A model generated the notes under the pieces. It was not told where the DNA came from, searched no databases, and saw only the letters and a program-made list of their open reading frames with translations. Below, piece by piece: positions 35,526 through 37,619 of a DNA stretch of 37,619 bases (positions are counted from its first letter, which is position 1; every line of letters begins with the position of its first letter). Source of the DNA: Acidimicrobiia bacterium. GTDB lineage: Bacteria; Actinomycetota; Acidimicrobiia; IMCC26256; JACDBD01. The DNA lies in assembly GCA_035316005.1 (NCBI GenBank), contig DATFXK010000017.1, positions 1-37,619 of the forward strand, in the 5' to 3' direction. A program made the position numbers and the translations under genes.

Positions 35526-37508
35526 ATGAGCCCGGCCGACACGGTCCACATCAAGCTGCCCGACGGCTCCGAGCGCGAGTACCCGCGGGGCGTTACCGCA
35601 GCGGAGATCGCCCAGTCGATCGGGAAGCGGCTCGCCAAGGACGCGATCGCGGGCAAGGTGGACGGGGACTGGGTCGACCTGGACCGCCCGATCGACCACG
35701 ACGCCGCCGTCACCGTCATCACGCCCGACACCGCCGACGGCCGCGAGGTGCTGCGCCACTCGACGGCGCACGTGATGGCCCAGGCCGTGACGGATCTCTT
35801 CTCCGGGGCGCGCTACGCCATCGGGCCGGCCATCGCCGACGGCTTCTATTACGACTTCGAGCTGCCCGGCGACCGGCACTTCACGGAGGACGACCTTGGC
35901 CGCATCGAAGAGCGCATGCGCGAGATCGTCGCCGCCGACGAGCCGTTCGTACGCGAGGAGGTGAACCGCGACGAGGGCCTGCGCCTGTTCGCCGACCAGC
36001 CGTACAAGATCGAGATCATCGAACGGGTCGATCCCGAGGACGCCTCCGAGGTCGGCGAAGGCTCGGTCATCTCGGTGTACCGGAACCCACACCGCGACGG
36101 ACAAGGCGCGTTCGTCGACCTGTGCCGCGGTCCGCACGTCCCGAGCACCAAGCGACTCGGCGCGTTCAAGCTGATGCGCGTCGCCGGTGCCTACTGGCGC
36201 GGCGACGAGAAGCGCCCGATGCTCCAGCGCATCTACGGCACGGCCTGGGAGTCGCAGGCCGCGCTCGACGCGTACCTCCACCAGCTCGAAGAGGCGGAGC
36301 GGCGCGACCACCGCAAGCTCGGCGTGGAGCTCGACCTCTTCTCCTTCCCGGGCGAGATCGGTTCCGGCCTGGCGGTGTTCCATCCGAAGGGCGGCACGGT
36401 CCGGCGGATCATGGAGGACTACTCCCGGGAGCGTCACGTCGAGGCCGGCTACGAGTTCGTGACATCGCCGCACATCGCCAAGGAGGACTTGTTCCAGACC
36501 TCGGGCCATCTGGAGTGGTTTGCCGAGGGGATGTTCCCGCCGATGGAGCTGGACGAAGGCACTCGGTACTACCTCAAGCCGATGAACTGCCCGTTCCACA
36601 TCCTCATCTACCAGAGCCAGCTGCGCTCGTACCGCGACCTGCCTCTGCGCCTGTTCGAGTTCGGCACCGTCTACCGGTACGAGCGCTCCGGTGTCGTCCA
36701 CGGCCTCACGCGGGTGCGCGGGATGACGCAGGACGACGCGCACATCTTCTGCACGAAGGAGCAGCTGGCGGGCGAGCTCGAGTCGACGCTGCGGTTCGTC
36801 CTCGACCTCCTGAAGGACTTCGGGCTGACCGACTTCTACCTCGAGCTCTCCACGAAACCCGAAGGGAAGGCGATCGGGAGCGACGAGGAGTGGGAAGAGG
36901 GCACCGAGATCCTGCGCCGAGCAGCCGTGAAGATGAACCTCGAGGTTGTCCTCGACGAAGGCGGCGGCGCGTTCTACGGGCCGAAGATCTCCGTGCAGAC
37001 ACGCGATGCGATCGGCCGGACGTGGCAGATGTCGACGATCCAGGCCGACTTCCAGGAACCGCAGCGATTCGACCTCACCTACGTCGGCGCCGACAACGAG
37101 CGCCACCGGCCGATCATGATCCACCGTGCATTGTTCGGGTCGATCGAGCGCTTTTTCGCGATCCTGCTCGAGCACTACGCCGGGGCGTTCCCCGTGTGGC
37201 TCGCGCCGGTGCAGGTGACCGTGCTGCCGGTTGCCGACCGCCACGAGGCGTACGCCTTCCGGATCGCCGACCGCCTGCAGGCCGAAGGGTTCCGTGCCGA
37301 GCTCGTGGACGCAGCCGGCGACTCGCTGCGGGCCCGGATCCGGCGCGCCAAGCTCGAGAAGGTTCCGTGCGTCCTCGTCGTCGGCGACGAGGACGCGGAC
37401 GGCGGGACGGTGGGCGTGAATCGCCGGGGCAGCGACCAGCCCGAGCGCGGCGTACGCATCGATGACTTCGTCGAGCGCCTGGCGGTCGACGTCGCGGAAC
37501 GGCGGTGA
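35526..37508 (+). CDS. thrS: Threonine--tRNA ligase
   Basis: TGS domain, RHSTAH, DLCRGPH, RDHRKLG, KPMNCP, RYERSG, GGGAFYGPK, HRALFGSIERF. Start set to ATG 35526. Confidence 0.98.
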   Translation: MSPADTVHIKLPDGSEREYPRGVTAAEIAQSIGKRLAKDAIAGKVDGDWVDLDRPIDHDAAVTVITPDTADGREVLRHSTAHVMAQAVTDLFSGARYAIGPAIADGFYYDFELPGDRHFTEDDLGRIEERMREIVAADEPFVREEVNRDEGLRLFADQPYKIEIIERVDPEDASEVGEGSVISVYRNPHRDGQGAFVDLCRGPHVPSTKRLGAFKLMRVAGAYWRGDEKRPMLQRIYGTAWESQAALDAYLHQLEEAERRDHRKLGVELDLFSFPGEIGSGLAVFHPKGGTVRRIMEDYSRERHVEAGYEFVTSPHIAKEDLFQTSGHLEWFAEGMFPPMELDEGTRYYLKPMNCPFHILIYQSQLRSYRDLPLRLFEFGTVYRYERSGVVHGLTRVRGMTQDDAHIFCTKEQLAGELESTLRFVLDLLKDFGLTDFYLELSTKPEGKAIGSDEEWEEGTEILRRAAVKMNLEVVLDEGGGAFYGPKISVQTRDAIGRTWQMSTIQADFQEPQRFDLTYVGADNERHRPIMIHRALFGSIERFFAILLEHYAGAFPVWLAPVQVTVLPVADRHEAYAFRIADRLQAEGFRAELVDAAGDSLRARIRRAKLEKVPCVLVVGDEDADGGTVGVNRRGSDQPERGVRIDDFVERLAVDVAERR

Positions 37509-37619
37509 CGCTCGAGCGGGTGTGGGCGGGCTGGCGGGCCGCGTACGTCACCAGCGCGGCGACGACGCCGCCCGGTGGCCCGGCCGAGTGTCTGTTCTGC
37601 GCGCTGGCGAAGACACGAG
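37505..37619 (+). CDS. HIT-family protein, 5' partial
   Basis: GTGA overlap with the thrS stop; LERVWAGWRAAYV..CLFC N-terminus is typical of the HIT/Ap4A phosphorylase gene that follows thrS in Actinobacteria. Confidence 0.7.
   Translation, partial: MTLERVWAGWRAAYVTSAATTPPGGPAECLFCALAKTR

Noticed and set aside
2248-37465. Many long antisense and alternative-frame ORFs (e.g. 2248-4803, 5971-7440, 21885-23198, 35292-37244)
   Set aside because: Shadow frames of high-GC genes: Arg/Gly/Pro-rich or mirror-codon sequences with no family motifs, fully overlapping confident genes

Overview
Very GC-rich (about 70%+ by eye) core-chromosome segment of an actinobacterium, most consistent with Acidimicrobiia (inferred from gene order, mshC, F420 genes, SepF/DivIVA and no ftsA). 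The first 20 kb is a complete dcw cluster: mraZ-rsmH-ftsL-ftsI-murE-murF-mraY-murD-ftsW-murG-murC-murB-ftsQ-ftsZ-pgeF-yggS-sepF-yggT-divIVA. It is followed by ileS (minus strand), DUF167, a histone-H1-like/DksA fusion, lspA, rluD, an Rrf2 regulator, an alkaline-phosphatase-superfamily enzyme, dnaE, a small membrane protein, an F420-dependent LLM oxidoreductase, npdG-mshC, rtcB (minus strand), thrS and the start of a HIT gene. I saw no CRISPR array, tRNA/rRNA, transposase, prophage or intein, and no clearly new multi-gene system. The best leads are a large branched RNA structure between mraZ and rsmH, a type-2 IleRS with a non-canonical GIHH signature, DnaA-box-like sites just downstream of the dnaE promoter, a stand-alone and compositionally atypical rtcB divergent from thrS, a coupled F420/mycothiol module, and the histone-like DksA fusion with a degenerate zinc finger and a structured leader. 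Most long ORFs in the supplied track are GC-rich shadow frames, and several starts were corrected by hand.
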